DNA of 64,000 bases from the human T2T-CHM13v2.0 reference genome, Homo sapiens. The stretch is from the NCBI RefSeq assembly GCF_009914755.1, contig NC_060927.1, one strand, 5' to 3'. Positions 12,869 through 28,379 of this stretch are shown here, in pieces (position 1 is the first letter of the stretch; each line of letters begins with the position of its first letter). The notes under the pieces are model-generated. The model searched no databases, had not been told where the DNA came from, and saw nothing but the letters and a program-made list of their open reading frames with translations. The position numbers and the translations under genes are program-made.

Positions 12869-15201
12869 TGGTCTTTTCTGTTTTCTTAAATTCTCTGATT
12901 GTTTCAGGTGATGAGTCAACTGTCACTTGCAGGTATTATGAAGCTAGCACCACAGAAGAAAAATGTGGCTAAAATAAACAAACCATTAATTTTTTAATAT
13001 ACTTGGTTGTTCTAAAATTAACCAGAGAAATAATTACTTTAAAATAAATAATTTCATGTAGATTTGTAGTCTAACTCTATGGCACAGTAGCTTGAAGAAA
13101 TATTCTTCTTTCCTCCAAGAAAACATTGGCTGACATCGTGTTAGTTTTACAGTTTTGCAAATCAAATGGAAATTTATCTTGCTGTTGAATCTTAATATTT
13201 TAATTTGTTTTGGAGATTCTTTCTATATCCTATATCTCAATACACAAGGATAAACTGTGGTAGTCACTTATTCCCTGTAATTAAATACACATTTTACATA
13301 CTGTTTATGATTTATATTGCCTTCTATTCTTGAATACATGTAAATTCAGTTATTGTATTATCGTATCATTAAAATGTATTATTAATTGCAAAAATGTCTT
13401 GAGATTGAAAATATTCTATAGCACTGCAATATAAATGTAGGATAGTCATATTTTCTACTAGAAATTTAAAAATTCAATATATCCTCATCAAAATTAGGGA
13501 AGGGGGATTAATAAAATTCAATAGGTAAAATCACTTATCTGTGTTTGATAATTTAGCTAAGTGCTATTGTTAAAGTCCATAAAGCAAATATATATCTACA
13601 GTATCCTGATGTTTGTATATGGACTACTACCCACTGTTAAATGTACAAGTGAAGTATAAGATCATTTCTTTTTCACTAAGAAGAAAGGCTTAAATATTTA
13701 AGGATGGTTATCGTATTTCAATGTATCTTGCAATTTTTATCTACAATAATATGGGCATGGGCTTACAAAGCAATGAAAATCTGATTATTCAGATAACAAA
13801 TTAAATAATTTTCTTTACTCATAGGATCATTAATGATTAGTCACAGGGTATTAGACAACCATTATACTTTTCCATTTATTTTATCCAGAAGACAGGTGCA
13901 CAGTCTTACCATTAAATAGAGTTGCCAGAATGTCACTGGCCAGGGTCATTAAATACACTCAATAATATAGGAAACCAGTCATCCATTCAACAAAGTTAAG
14001 AATGTAATTATCACCTGTAGCAGGCACTACCATATGCATAGCAGCTACAAACGAAAACAATATGTCCCTTATAGTAGGGTATTTTTATTTGAAAAGGGAA
14101 ACAAGCCAACACATTTTTATCTGATACAATTCTGACAGATGTAGGAACAACACACCATGGAAGCAACAGGGGAAAGCTACTGTTTCTGTAAAGTGAATTG
14201 CAGAAATAGTGGATTTGTGTATTTCACATTTAAAATATGAGTTTAGCAGATAAAGAAGAGAGAGGAAGAGTACTTGGTAATTCCACTCAGAGAAAAAATG
14301 TGAAATGACAGTCTTGAGAAGTTTCTGCATGCATTACTTTATACATTTATTCACTCAACACATAATTTTTTAATAAAACCTATGTTTAAAGCACTCTGGT
14401 AGCAATGGACATAGAGTCACCCATTCTTCTCTCTGGGTGCCGGCAATCTATTAGAGAAGACAGGCATTGAATAAGTATGATGAGACATTTTAAAAAATGG
14501 AACATAGTGGTGCCATGGGAGCTTATAGAAAGGGCTTTAGAATGTAGGGTGTTTCAATCAAGTGAAAAGAAATTAGGTGAGGAAGAAAGGTGTGTGCAGA
14601 GGGTGAAAGGTCTCACAAATTATGGTAATTTGCTTGGACTCTATTCTGCAGGCAGTAAAGCAAAAATTTTATTGAAAGAGCAGCACAGCTGATTGGCATA
14701 TTTGAAAGTTAACACTGACAGTATAAAACAAAGGAAAAAATAAATCAAGGAGAGGCTATAATTATGGAAAATAGGTAGGGAGTCCGCTACAAAATTCCAC
14801 ACAGGAGATGAGGACAGCCTGAGTGACTTTACTTGCAGAGATAATGAAGAAGATAAAGAATATTAGAAAGAATATGACTGAGATACAATTTTAAAAATGA
14901 GGGATCATCAACTATAAAGACTGAGGGAAATCCCAATTAAGTCTACAGGCTTAATTTAAAAGACCGGAGGCAGTAGGGAGTGGGGAAAATCTAATACGAT
15001 TGAGGATTTAGAAGGCAACTATTAATCTTTAGGTAGAGAGTGACTGATCATTAGTTCATTTGGGTGGGAATGAGGGCAGACAAATGAAGAGGCATAGTAA
15101 AGCCTGGAAAATATTTTGTAAAATGAAAATAAAGCTGGAGAGACAGAGATCAGTGCTAGAAAAATAAATACACTTGAGTACCATCAAAATATTTAGTATA
15201 G

Positions 15202-15388
15202 ACCTGTGGTTCTCAACTTTGCTGCTTATTCAAACCACCTAAATTACTTTTTAAAAATATTAACACTTAGTTCACATTCCCAGCAATTCTGATTTAAATG
15301 ATTGGGGTGCAAACTGGATACTGGGATTTAAAAAAAAAAAAACTTTCCCAGATGATTTTAGAATATAGCTAAATTGAGAGCCTCTGTC
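15202..15388. mobile_element. MER5-family hAT MITE
   Basis: gtggttctcaacttt ... ttctgatttaaatgattggggtg ... ttgagagcctctg termini and core. Confidence 0.65.
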
Positions 15389-15409
15389 AGGGTGATCTAT
15401 TTGCAAGAA

Positions 15410-15620
15410 GTCTTTTAATGTTAAGAGCCTGGACTCAGAAGTCAGACAAAATAGGGTTGAACCTAAGCTCTGCCATGAAACCTTGTACATGAGAGACTTA
15501 TCTGCAAATCAGTGATGATATTGTCCACTCAGTGATTTGCAAGAGTGTGTGCAAAAAATTATAAAGGTGCTTCTCCTGATGTTGAGCAAGCAGTAAGTGT
15601 TCTACAGACATCATCTAGAA
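15410..15620 (+). mobile_element. MIR SINE
   Basis: gttaagagcctggactcagaagtcagac...gggttgaacctaagctctgcca. Confidence 0.55.
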
Positions 15621-16886
15621 ATATCTTTGCCAATTATTATTATTAATACCATGTCATTTTGTTCTCCTTTACATAAAAGTTGAAGTCATAGATGTAAAGA
15701 AGAGCATTAAGAGAGAATCCACCAAATCCTAACAGAAAAGCTTTATGGGTAGAACCTGGGGAATACACAGCTTTTGAAACACTCACAGAGGAGAAAGAGG
15801 CAGCAAAGGAAATGGAAAGGTCAAGGATTTGGAGAAAATCTGGGAGAGAATGGTGTCTTTGAACTTACTTGATAAATTTAAAATGATGCAAAAATTTGAA
15901 ATAGGATGAAGTCTGAAGCTAGACTGTTGATTTGGCAACTTTAAACATTTATGGGATCTAAACATGATCAGATTAGAGCTGTCCAAATCTACCATTGGTT
16001 GAGGGTGAAGAACAGGAGACAGCCAAAAAGGACACTATTTCATAAAGTTTGGTTTTTAAGGGTGCGGGTGGTCTAAGGATATAAGGAAATACCTTGTGAG
16101 AAAAGATTATGAAAACTTTGACCAATGTTCTTTCTAGGATTGAAATAATTATAAAAATAGGTAAAGAAGTCAATTATTAAAGAGGTTGGAAATACATGAA
16201 GGAGGAAATCTGATGAGCCATGGCCCCAAGGAAATGGTTGTCTCTGAAGATAAGCAGTGATTATTCTGAAATAGGATTATATAAGCATATTTTATATGCA
16301 ATGTTAGAAGTGGACAGGAAAGCAGAGAGAGGGAACCCCACTGAAGCTGTGGGACTGGTCTATGCTGTAACCTGAGGGTGGAAATCACTTGTATTCACTT
16401 CAGTTCCTACAAGTGTCTAGCTCCCTGCCTTATACAGATTGGTATTTAATAGATGCCTGTTGAAGTGAACTATAACTTGTTCAACTCAGTCCCTTGTTCA
16501 TTTTAAGACGGTAAGTAACAGAAGATAAGAATGCCAAAGTGAATGAAGACAAGGTTATAGGAACCAATGAGAAGAAGATCCTGCGAATGACCGAGCATCT
16601 CAGCAACGCTAGCTCCATGTCTATGTTCCCACTCTATCATTCTTTCTCCTCATAGGCAGTTTGGAGAGACTTAATGGAGAAGGAATAGGATGAAATATAA
16701 AGTGCCTGGACCGCAGAAAAACAGGCAAGGCTTTTTAGTTTTCCAACCAAAATCTTTCTTTGCTGCTCTGGAATTAGCAACTAAGGCAAAATAAAGACCA
16801 TATTTACTAGTCTGTTAGCTAAGACGATGGCTCTGGACAAAGCGCAAACAATTTTCTCTTAATATTTTCCCCTACCCAAGCTCTAA

Positions 16887-17219
<333 letters not shown>

Positions 17220-18308
17220 TGATATCACTTTAATAATAGTTTCTTATACCCTCAAATTATCTCACGATGCTTAGAATGAAAATAATTGCTTAATTTTTCT
17301 AAATTAGAATATTATTCTAATAGATAATCAAGATCTTCTTTCTACCCTCTTGTGCTTATTAAGCTGAATTTAATTCCATGGAAACCCATCTACAAGCAAC
17401 AGCATCAAGCAAAAGAGTACAACCAAGTTAGCCCAATGGGTTACTCTTCTGAAAACAAAAAACAAAACAAAAAAACCCTCACAGCTCATGCCCTCTGCGT
17501 GTTAGATGAAAAGCTTTATCTTTGTGTAATGTAAAAAGGGCAGTCAGTCTCAGGGAGGGTTTTAAGTACCCTCGAGCATCATCTGAAAAGAGTGTTATCT
17601 GTAGGATGCCAAATTACATCTATTTAAAAAATTTAATGACACTGGAATAGGAAGATGGATTAAAGAGATGTTATAATCAGAATGTGAATCATTATAATAA
17701 GAAGAAAAAAAAACAAGAGGATGTGACTGTGGCTTATTTCCAGCACCAAGAGCAATCAGTGCTCTCACCATCACTACAAGAACCTTCCTTGTACATATCC
17801 TGCCCCCCAAGGAGTCAGAAAGGGAGCAGATGCTCCATAATCTGCAATTCACGATCTCAGCACACATTTTTGTCACTGGAGTAATCCCATTTGATCATAT
17901 TAGTCCTTGATCTGGCAGTTTGCATGTGCAGGTGGCCAAGACATTGCCTTATTGACCACTTTGTATCATACTCAACAGGAAGTCCTCCTGGGGTTTTACA
18001 TCTACCTACTGCATTTGGCTATCCAGTCATTTCATTCCAAAACTTCCATCATACCTCACCAGCTCTCATATCCAGAATCACAATATTCACTGTTAAATAT
18101 TTTATTTTCTCTATTAAATATACTTGTTTAGTATATTACAGTCCATAGGGCAGATGCATTGTAGGTATGTTCATTTTCCACAAAATCTCTTGATTTATTG
18201 CCTTCCTCCTAATATTAATAGGTGAAGAGTCTATTATTCTATGGTGCTATCTTTAAAATGAACATTTTTAGAGGACATTGACACGCCTCATTAGAAGTAC
18301 ACATATTG

Positions 18309-18609
18309 GGCTGGGTGCGGTGGCTCATGCCTGTAATCCCAGCACTTTGGGAGGCCAAGGCGGGCGGTTCACGAGGTTAGGAGTTCGAGATCAGCCTGAA
18401 CAACAAGGTGAAACCCTGTCTCTACTAAAAATACAAAATTAGCCAGGTGTGGTGGCGCATGCCTGTAATCCCAGCTACTCAGGGGGCGGAGGCAGGAGAA
18501 TTGCTTGAACCCAGGGTGGCAAAAATTGCAGTGAGCCGAGATGGTGCCACTGCACTCCAGCCTGGGCAAAATGAGCGAAGCACCATCTCAAAAAAAAAAA
18601 AAAAAAAAA
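18309..18609 (+). mobile_element. AluS
   Basis: GGCTGGGTGCGGTGGCTCA...poly(A); degenerate TSD aagtacacatatt/aagtagagatatt. Confidence 0.95.
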
Positions 18610-18679
18610 GTAGAGATATTTTTCTAAGGGGTAAGGATGTCCAAGCAAAAATGATTCCATAATAAATATTTATCGAAGT

Positions 18680-19760
18680 CTTTTTTATTGTGGTAAAATA
18701 TATGTATGCCTTTAACCATTTTAAGTGTTTAACTCAGTAGTATTAAGTGCATTCAAATTGTTGTGCAATCATCACCACAATCCATCTCCTTAATGTTTTC
18801 ATCATCCCAAACTGAAAACTCTGTATTCATTAAACAATAACTTTCCATCTCTCCCTCCTCTTAATCCCTGCTGACCACCATTCTACTTTGTATCTCTGTG
18901 ACTTTGATTATTCTAGGTACCTCATATAAGTGGAACCACATAATATTTATCCTGTTTTTTGGCATATTTTATTTATCATAATGTTTTCAAAGTTCACCCA
19001 CATTGTAGTTGTAGTGTGTATCAGAATTTCATTTCTTTTTATGGTTGAAAAAAATTTCATTGTACATAATAGATCGTTTTTTGTTTATTCATTCATTCAT
19101 CCATAGACACTGGGGCTTTTCTACTTTTTGGCTATTGTGAATAAGGATGTACAAACATTGCTGTACAAATACTTTGTTTGAGTCTCTGCTTTTAGTTCTT
19201 GTGATATGTACCCAGAAGTAGAATTGCTGGATTATTTAATAATTATGTTTAATTTTTTTAGGAACCAACATATTATTTCCACAGTGCCTGTACCACTTCA
19301 CGTTTCCACCAGCAATACATAATCCGATTTTGTTTGAAGTCTTAATTAATTCATTAACATTGTGATCATTTAGTGAGATGACTCTCCACGTACCAACCTG
19401 ACAGACAATAACCAGAAACAAGTGTCTCAAATGAGGACAGAGGACAAAACAGCTCTATAAGCAACAGGCAGAACCAGCCCCAATTTTTTATTCTTGTCAA
19501 TACTTGCTCTCTCTTTCTTTCTTTCTCTCTCTCTCTCTCTCTCTCCATATATATATATGCCATCCTAGGCTGGGCAGAGTGATTCACACTTGTAATGCCC
19601 GAGCTTTGGGAGGCCGAGGCAGGAAGATCACTTGAGCCCCGGAGTTCAAGGTTGCAGTGAGCTATGATTGTGCTACTGCATTTCAGCCTGGGTGACAGAA
19701 TGAAACCCTATCTCTAAATAATAACTATAATAATAATAGTCACCCTAATGGAAATTAATG
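18680..19760 (-). mobile_element. Old L1 (L1MA/L1MB-like) 3' end, interrupted by a templated insert and an Alu monomer
   Basis: tttattgtggtaaaatata...ttgtgcaatcatcaccac...ctaggtacctcatataagtgga...gaagtagaattgctgga. Confidence 0.8.
19568..19740 (+). mobile_element. Alu monomer (FLAM/FAM-like)
   Basis: Single ~150-bp arm followed by an (AAT)n tail. Confidence 0.8.
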
Positions 19761-20220
19761 TCAAATTGAATCCAATATTTGAAAAAGAGGACATGAATAT
19801 ATCTTCTCACATGAAGGAATCAAAACATTAAGGGAAGGAATTATGACCACTGGCTCAATCGCATTTTTTATAGCCCAGTGTCTTAAAGGATGATGATTAC
19901 TACACTTCCATCTCAGGAAAAGAAGTTGTGGTTGAATATTTAAAGAATTCACCAAAAATAGCTTTAACTCTTCTTTTAGTTCCTTTGATGGTTCACATTG
20001 TCATTACCTTCTTGATCAGGCTGAGATTATCTGTCTTTGCAGGACATGCTGAAATCTGCAAAGTTGCAAAATTATCCTTACCAACACAATCATTAGTATA
20101 ATACAACTCTGTGGCAGCTATCCACTGAAAATTAAAGCATTGATGTTATTACCATGCCCTGTAAAACTATTTTATTCATAAATTCATCTCCTTCTAATTT
20201 TACTGTGAGTCTATTCTTCC

Positions 20221-20441
20221 CAACACTGTCCAATAGAACTTTCTCTGATGATGGAAACCGTCTGTATCTGCTCTATCCAAGACAGTAGCCACCAGCCACA
20301 TATTCATTGCATAAAATTGGCTATCTAAACTGAAACTCTAAATTAAAATAAATTTAATTTAAAAATCAGTTCCTTTGTTGCACTAGCACATTTTCAGTGT
20401 CAATAGGCACATGTAGCTAGTGGTTAGAGTATTAGACAGTA
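20221..20441. mobile_element. MER3/MER33-type hAT MITE
   Basis: ctgtccaatagaactttct...agtagccaccagccacat...tagtggttagagtattagacag inverted termini. Confidence 0.7.
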
Positions 20442-21926
20442 CAAGTTTAGATAAATACAGTGATATATTGTTGTCATCTTTGTCCTAGTTAGTCACAGTC
20501 TGATTATTAAGATTGACACAAATAATGCTGTACTAAAGGGTAATACAGGTAAGTGCTCAGTCTTATTCAAACACGAATGAGAGAGAGATGATCTTTCTAT
20601 AGGAATATGATTCAGAAGGGTCATAACAATAAAGTTATATCTTGAAGGATGAACATATTCTCTACAGAGAGAAAAGAAGAAAGGTATTTTGAGAAGACAA
20701 GAAGGGGAAGGCAATGAGTTGGAAACAGAGTGGTGTGTTGAGGGAGGGTAAAGTGTACCTTGTATTGTAAGGCAGACTATACTTAGGAGACAGGTGGGGA
20801 AAGGGAAAGAACTTAGGAAAGTAGCCTGGAGTCTATGAAAGGCAGAGTGCTGAAGAACTCAAACTTGAAGTCATATAAAAAAGGGCCAAAAAGAATGAAT
20901 AAAAGCACACAATAAATTTGTTCATTTTCCAAAATAATTTCTTTCCTTTATCAGAATTGTGACAAAAACCATTAACTGGAAGAAATCAAAATTATTGGTA
21001 TGAATATAATTTATATTTGGTATAGAGATTAATTTTAGGTAAGCTTATGAATTTATGCATCTGTCATTGGCTAAACCAGGCCATTTTTTAACACTCTCTT
21101 AAATTAATACCCAATATTTAAATAATCCAATACTTGTTTAGCACAAAGCATGCTTGTTTAGTATGAGGTTTTTAATTGGAGAATAAAAAGTAAATTCTTA
21201 CAGAATACTTTCTATGACTGCGTATAAGTAAGTGAAGTTGTTTTACAATCTTCCTAGTTCCTCATTCCAGGGTAAAATTTAATATAATATATACAATATG
21301 ATGGAATAATTTCCTTTCGAAACATTTTGTGCTTGGATTAATATTTTTGAGTGCTTATTCAAGGGTTACACATTGATCAGAAGCTGTTGGCTGTTGTGCT
21401 GAAATGTTCTGTCTCCAGGTTCTAATTCACCTGGCAAATGGTCAGTCATGCAACAGTCGTACAGTGAGTCATGCTTCTTCCTTCCAAGTACTGAAGTCCA
21501 TTTCTAAGGTTTACCTTTGCTATAGTCCTATACACAAGGAAAGTTCATCCTTAGTAAACAGGATTCATTAATATACTCTATAAAGAACTAAAACTAAGTA
21601 AATGACGCTATGCATAGCTAAGGACTCATTGAACATGAGCAATTCACATACGATTTAAAGAGATTATACAGTTTGTCTTAAAAAAATGGTCTTTAATTCT
21701 GGCTAAACATAATCCGATTTTGTTTGAAGTCTTAATTAATGCTTTTCACTTTGGTTCATTAACATTGTGATGATTCAGTGAGATGACCATCCACAAACCA
21801 ACCTGACAGACAATAACCAGAAACAAGTGTCTCACATGAGGACAGATGCCAACCAGCCTTATAAACAAATGGCAGTGCTAGCCCACCCACATATGGAACA
21901 CTTATGAGTGGCAGTCATATTTTTCA

Positions 21927-23500
<1,574 letters not shown>

Positions 23501-24041
23501 TGTGTCTGCTAATCAAACTTGTCATAATAATAAAAAGTCAGAGTCATTAAAAGCTCCAAGTACTCTGCACAGCAGCACCTCAACTCTAAATGCCATGTTC
23601 ACATGTGATTACTGAAATTCTGTTCTTGGCAAATCTGCCTTTCTGATGCAGGACTCTTGTACTTCAGTAAGAGTGACTCATGTGATCTAATTTACTATAC
23701 TCTAAGCAAATCTTTCTCTGAAGCACGGTAATCTGGGAAGACACAAAATAAGATCTAAAAAGCTTTGCAAATGGCTCCTCCCCCAAATGCTAAATTAAGT
23801 GCCATATTGATCTGACTGAATTGGAGAGCAATTGTTGTGATAAACTCCCTGTTCCTAGTTACACCTGGAATAGATTCTGTTAATATGTGGACTCAAGTGC
23901 CCCACCCCCATATATTCTATTGTAGTAATTCTGATGGGGGATCCTGGGACTGGTGTTTTAAGGGCTACTTTTTTCACTTTTAAGATTTATTTGGTTCAAT
24001 GGACAAAGTTTGAGACATACTGCTTCACAGAATTTAGAGTC

Positions 24042-24387
24042 TGTCTTAGTATCTTTAGGGTGCTACAACAAAGTGCTATGGAATAGGTGCCTTGTAAACA
24101 ATAGAAATGCTTTTCTCATAGTTTTAGAGGCTGGAAAGTCCAATATCAAGGCGCTGGAAGATTTGGTGTCTGGGGAGGACCCACTTTCTGCTTCATAGAC
24201 AGCCATCTTCTTATGTTTAGTCGGGGGGGAAGGGGCAAGAGAGCTTACTCAGACCTCTTTTATAAGGGCACTAATTCCATTCCTGAGGGCTCTGCTTTCA
24301 TGGTCTAGTCATCTCCCAAAGGCCCCACTTCCTAATTTTAATTTCAGCATATGAATTTGGAGAAGACACAGCATTCAGAACATAGCG
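24042..24387 (-). mobile_element. MLT1A-family solo LTR
   Basis: tgtcttagt...ttttagaggctggaaagtccaatatcaagg...cattcagaacatagc; TSD gagtc/cagtc. Confidence 0.8.
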
Positions 24388-24581
24388 CAGTCTCATAGTA
24401 GAAACGAATAAATGATTACAATGGAATTTCAGAGGCATTATTAAATGATCAGAAAGGGAGGAATACTTAAACCTATTTTCTTAACATGAAGGTCTTCACA
24501 GAAGAAGTGACACTTGTTTTGTGTTTTCAAACATCGCTAAAAAAATAAGAAAGTGAGAACCATTTGGGGCAGAATTCTGGA

Positions 24582-24583
<2 letters not shown>

Positions 24584-24625
<42 letters not shown>
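24584..24625. repeat. (CA)n microsatellite, ~21 units
   Basis: Directly visible. Confidence 0.95.
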
Positions 24626-24629
<4 letters not shown>

Positions 24630-25949
24630 CCGAGAGGAATGAAACATCCTGAGTGTTTAAGAAAATGCAAGTAAATTTTCATAGTAATTGATAATTCTGA
24701 AGACTGAAAAGAAGAATTCATGCTTCATATCACAGAGTACCTTCAATGACTAAGGAGTTTAGAAATTGTCATTTTTGCCCTGACAGATAGCTCGCCAAAC
24801 TTGTTGCACATGACTTCAAATGGCTGATCCCAGGAAGTGGAAGTAAGAATTGGAGGGCAGGCCCATGAGGAGAAGAGGTGAAGTTCAAGAGAAAAATCAT
24901 AATTTTTTTTTTCTTTTCACTACATGATCATAGGGAATGAGGCAGAGGGACATAGCAAAGAGGAATGTGTCTTGATGCATGATGTGCTATTTACCACTTG
25001 GAAATCTAAAGAGATAAGCAAGTGTGGCAGGGAGGATGATACCTGTGGCTTTGAATGCTTTCCTTTAGGACAGTTTCCTTTAAAATGCTTGTGATGCATT
25101 TCTAGGTGGAGATGAAATTAGATCTTTGGAAATATAGGTATGACAATCAGGAGCAATGCATGGACAAGAAATATAAAATTTGAATGTCATTACTGAAACT
25201 CCGGAAATGTATCACAACATCTGGGTGACTATCGAGTGCGAAAAAATAATAAGGGCAAAATGCAGAAATATAATGAAGAAATAGAAATTTATAGTTGATG
25301 GATAATGTATGTAAAAGTATATAAGGTAAAGGCTCAAAAAATGTTAGCTTACTCCTCTTAATCCCTGAATAAAGACCAAATTAGACAGCAGATGTTATTG
25401 GAAATTACTTGGAATTTCAGAGGTAAGGAACAGCAATAGGGTTGGAATAATAAGAAAAATTTTATGGTGGAGAAGGAACATGAACCACCCTAGACAAATG
25501 GATAGGGTTTGGCCAAATGAAGAAGATAATTTTGCAGATTAGAGAAGACACGTGTGCAGAAATGGAAAGGCAGAAAAGAACAACTGGCTGAAACTGACGT
25601 ACTGGATCCTTCGCAGGCATCCTGGCTACATGTGCACAAATTTCAAAGAAAATGGAAAGCCCCTCAGTTTTCCCCAAGTGCTCTGACCCCCAGAGATGAT
25701 ACAGGCAGGGTGGCAGATAGGGGTGGGGTATATTTTCTGAAAAAGTTATTTACTGTTTATGAGATCCTTGGAAAGTAACTGTAAAAGTTTGCTCTTGGAG
25801 AAATGCAGATAATGCTTTGGACATGAAAAAGATATCAAGGAGATTAAAAAATTATGAGTACTAAAATAAAATTCAAGGAATAATCAAACTCCTTGTTTAA
25901 ATATGGGGGAAAATAGGTAGGTCCAGTTAACTGAAGAGAATGGCTCCCT

Positions 25950-26190
25950 TAAAAGCAGCAGTATGACATACTAGAAAAGCATGTACTCTGTCATGAGAAA
26001 GAACTTGTTTTTAATCCTGGCTCTGCCCCTTTTTGGCTGAATAGTCATGTCTATTTTCCTTAAACTCTCTGAGCTTCATTCTCTTCATGTGTTGTAGACA
26101 TCTAATAAAGCCTACTTTGAAAGGGTTATGTGGGGATTAAGTGAAATATCTATTGCAGGTACGGTGACTAACACTGTTTCTACAGTTTTA
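25950..26190 (+). mobile_element. MIR SINE
   Basis: aatcctggctctgcc...ctctctgagcttcattctcttcat...aagggttatgtggggattaagtga core. Confidence 0.65.
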
Positions 26191-28379
26191 TCCTATGTAG
26201 TTTTGAATTAGTCAGTTAGCCTTCTAGGACCTCAATTTCCTATAGAATTAGGAGAATTGGCACTAATATATTTTAGGTACAAATATGAATACATTAACAG
26301 TAACATTGCTCACTTCAACAGCAAGTTTAGAGAGATAAATGATTATGTGACCAGGTCATAATCTAGCCTATTGTATGCTATCATGTTTTTGTCTGTGGTC
26401 TCAGAAAGAGGAAAATCAGTTGAGTTTAGGTGGCAAGAAGGAGCTCATTCTCCAGCAGATTGGTGGAAGCTCACCTCAAGATACATTTCAAATGGTGCAT
26501 TGCACCTGCTCATTCATCAAGCTGCCAGGGGCTTACTTTACTGCCTTGCTTTTTTTCATTTAAAATTCACATCTTTGTGGTGTCTAGAGTTTCTCAGCTT
26601 TGTAATGAAAGTAATACATTAAATCTTGCTTAAATAAAAGTAGTTCCTAATGTATTAAGTATAGATGAAGGCCAAAAAGTGAGATTTTATAGCTAAGCAC
26701 AACACTACTTTCCAAATAGTGCACACAAGTGTATAGCTTCCTTTTCATCTCTGGTCAATGTTATTTTGTATTTGAATTGATTCTACTATGTTATAAGATA
26801 AAAGAAAATTATACAGAACAATGCAGTTCTCTTTGGGGAGATATTAGGGTATTTGTTCTTTATTTTGTGCAGTATAGGGTAAGAGAAAGTTGGCATTAAA
26901 CCTTTGGGACTCCCTAGGCAGCTGTTGAGTCTCTCCCCTCCTCCCATGCTCAGCTCAGTGCTATATCACTGGAAATCACTAACCTTCATAGAGTAGAGCC
27001 CAGAAGATGGTAACACTGGTTCAAGGACAGGCTAAGGGAAGCGAAGGGAAGTAAAAGGAAGTAAATAGGAAAATACAACAAACATGTGATTAACAGCTGT
27101 TTTCTGAAGCAAGGCTCCACCAGGGATCTGCAGCTGTGTCATTGTGCTTCAATTCTGCAGCTCCTACAGGGCTAAATTGGAAGAGGCATGGAGCAGGAAG
27201 ATATGTGCGAAAAGGCTAAAGGAAGTCCAAAAACCGTGGCAACAATATAAGGTGAATGCCCCCACTCCTTAGATATCCTAATTTTTATCCCTCATGGGAG
27301 AGGTATAGGTCCATAAGAAACAAAGTCATCTTACCAACTGGATATCTGCTCCGAGCTGCTGCTGCTTCCTCTTCCTTTTTTTGGGGGGTGGGGGCCGATT
27401 TTGGAAGGGCAAATATTGATGGAACATCTACCAACACTGCCTCTTCCCTTTAACAAAATCAACATGATGCATGCTTACAGATTGCCTTTGAAAGTTACCA
27501 GTGCCTCCTCAAGATATAGTAGAGAAGCAGGTTTTAAGGTGTCAGACTGAGGCTTTCAAAATAATAGCTGCTAGGAGAATACAAGTTTGGGCCTGAAAAC
27601 CCAGTTATGAGGCTTCCAAATAAATCAGTGGATTTTCAACTTTTTTTTGTAATTATTATATCCTAGTTCCCAAACAACCACAGTAAAGGAGGCACATGGA
27701 AAGCGAGGAAAAAATGAAATGGCATTGTCTTCCCCCAGGTGCTCAATCAGTATATTTCCTTTGATGTGTAGCCTTCAAGTAACTGACAACCCCAAGTGGC
27801 CCATTCTATAGGGTCCTGCATCTACGCTCCTTCCTCTGTGCGCTCAGCCCGGGTTGACAAGCAACCTCCAAATTAAACAACCTCCCACCACTACTTGGAA
27901 ACAGACAACCATCTCTTAACAGGCCTCTGTAACACACAGCTTGATGAAAATCACTTACACAGGGCGGATGACACAGAGGAGTTTACAAGGTCGGGGCACT
28001 CCTTGGCGGGGCGTGAAAGGGTGGGAGGTGCTGAGGTCAGGGTTAAACTACCCTGTGAAATGAGCCTCCTGCCCTGCCCTTTCCTCCCTTCATCTATAGA
28101 AGGAGCCTCCAGTGAGTTCCTGCGTCTGGAAATCTGCCCCCTTTAGTGCCGCAGACAGGCCAGGGACAGCATTTCAAAGCTCCTCTAAATCAATCCACTT
28201 AAAAGAGCCCAGAAAAGCCTGACCATTGACCATAATTGCCCTAAATTGCTTGTTTTCCTTCCCCTCTTGCAGCCTCATCAACATTTCCCTTCTTTCCCCC
28301 TTCGTGTCCTTTTTTCTTGGGGGCGCAGGTCCTCTAGATGCTTGGGGTGCACACTAAGGATATTTGAGTAGTGGGAGCT

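Larger units (their letters stand above)
14340..16050 (+). mobile_element. Degenerate L2 fragments interrupted by MER5 and MIR
   Basis: L2-like motifs (catttattcactcaacacata...; purine-rich gaagtcatagatg...agagaatggtgtc); boundaries uncertain. Confidence 0.4.
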
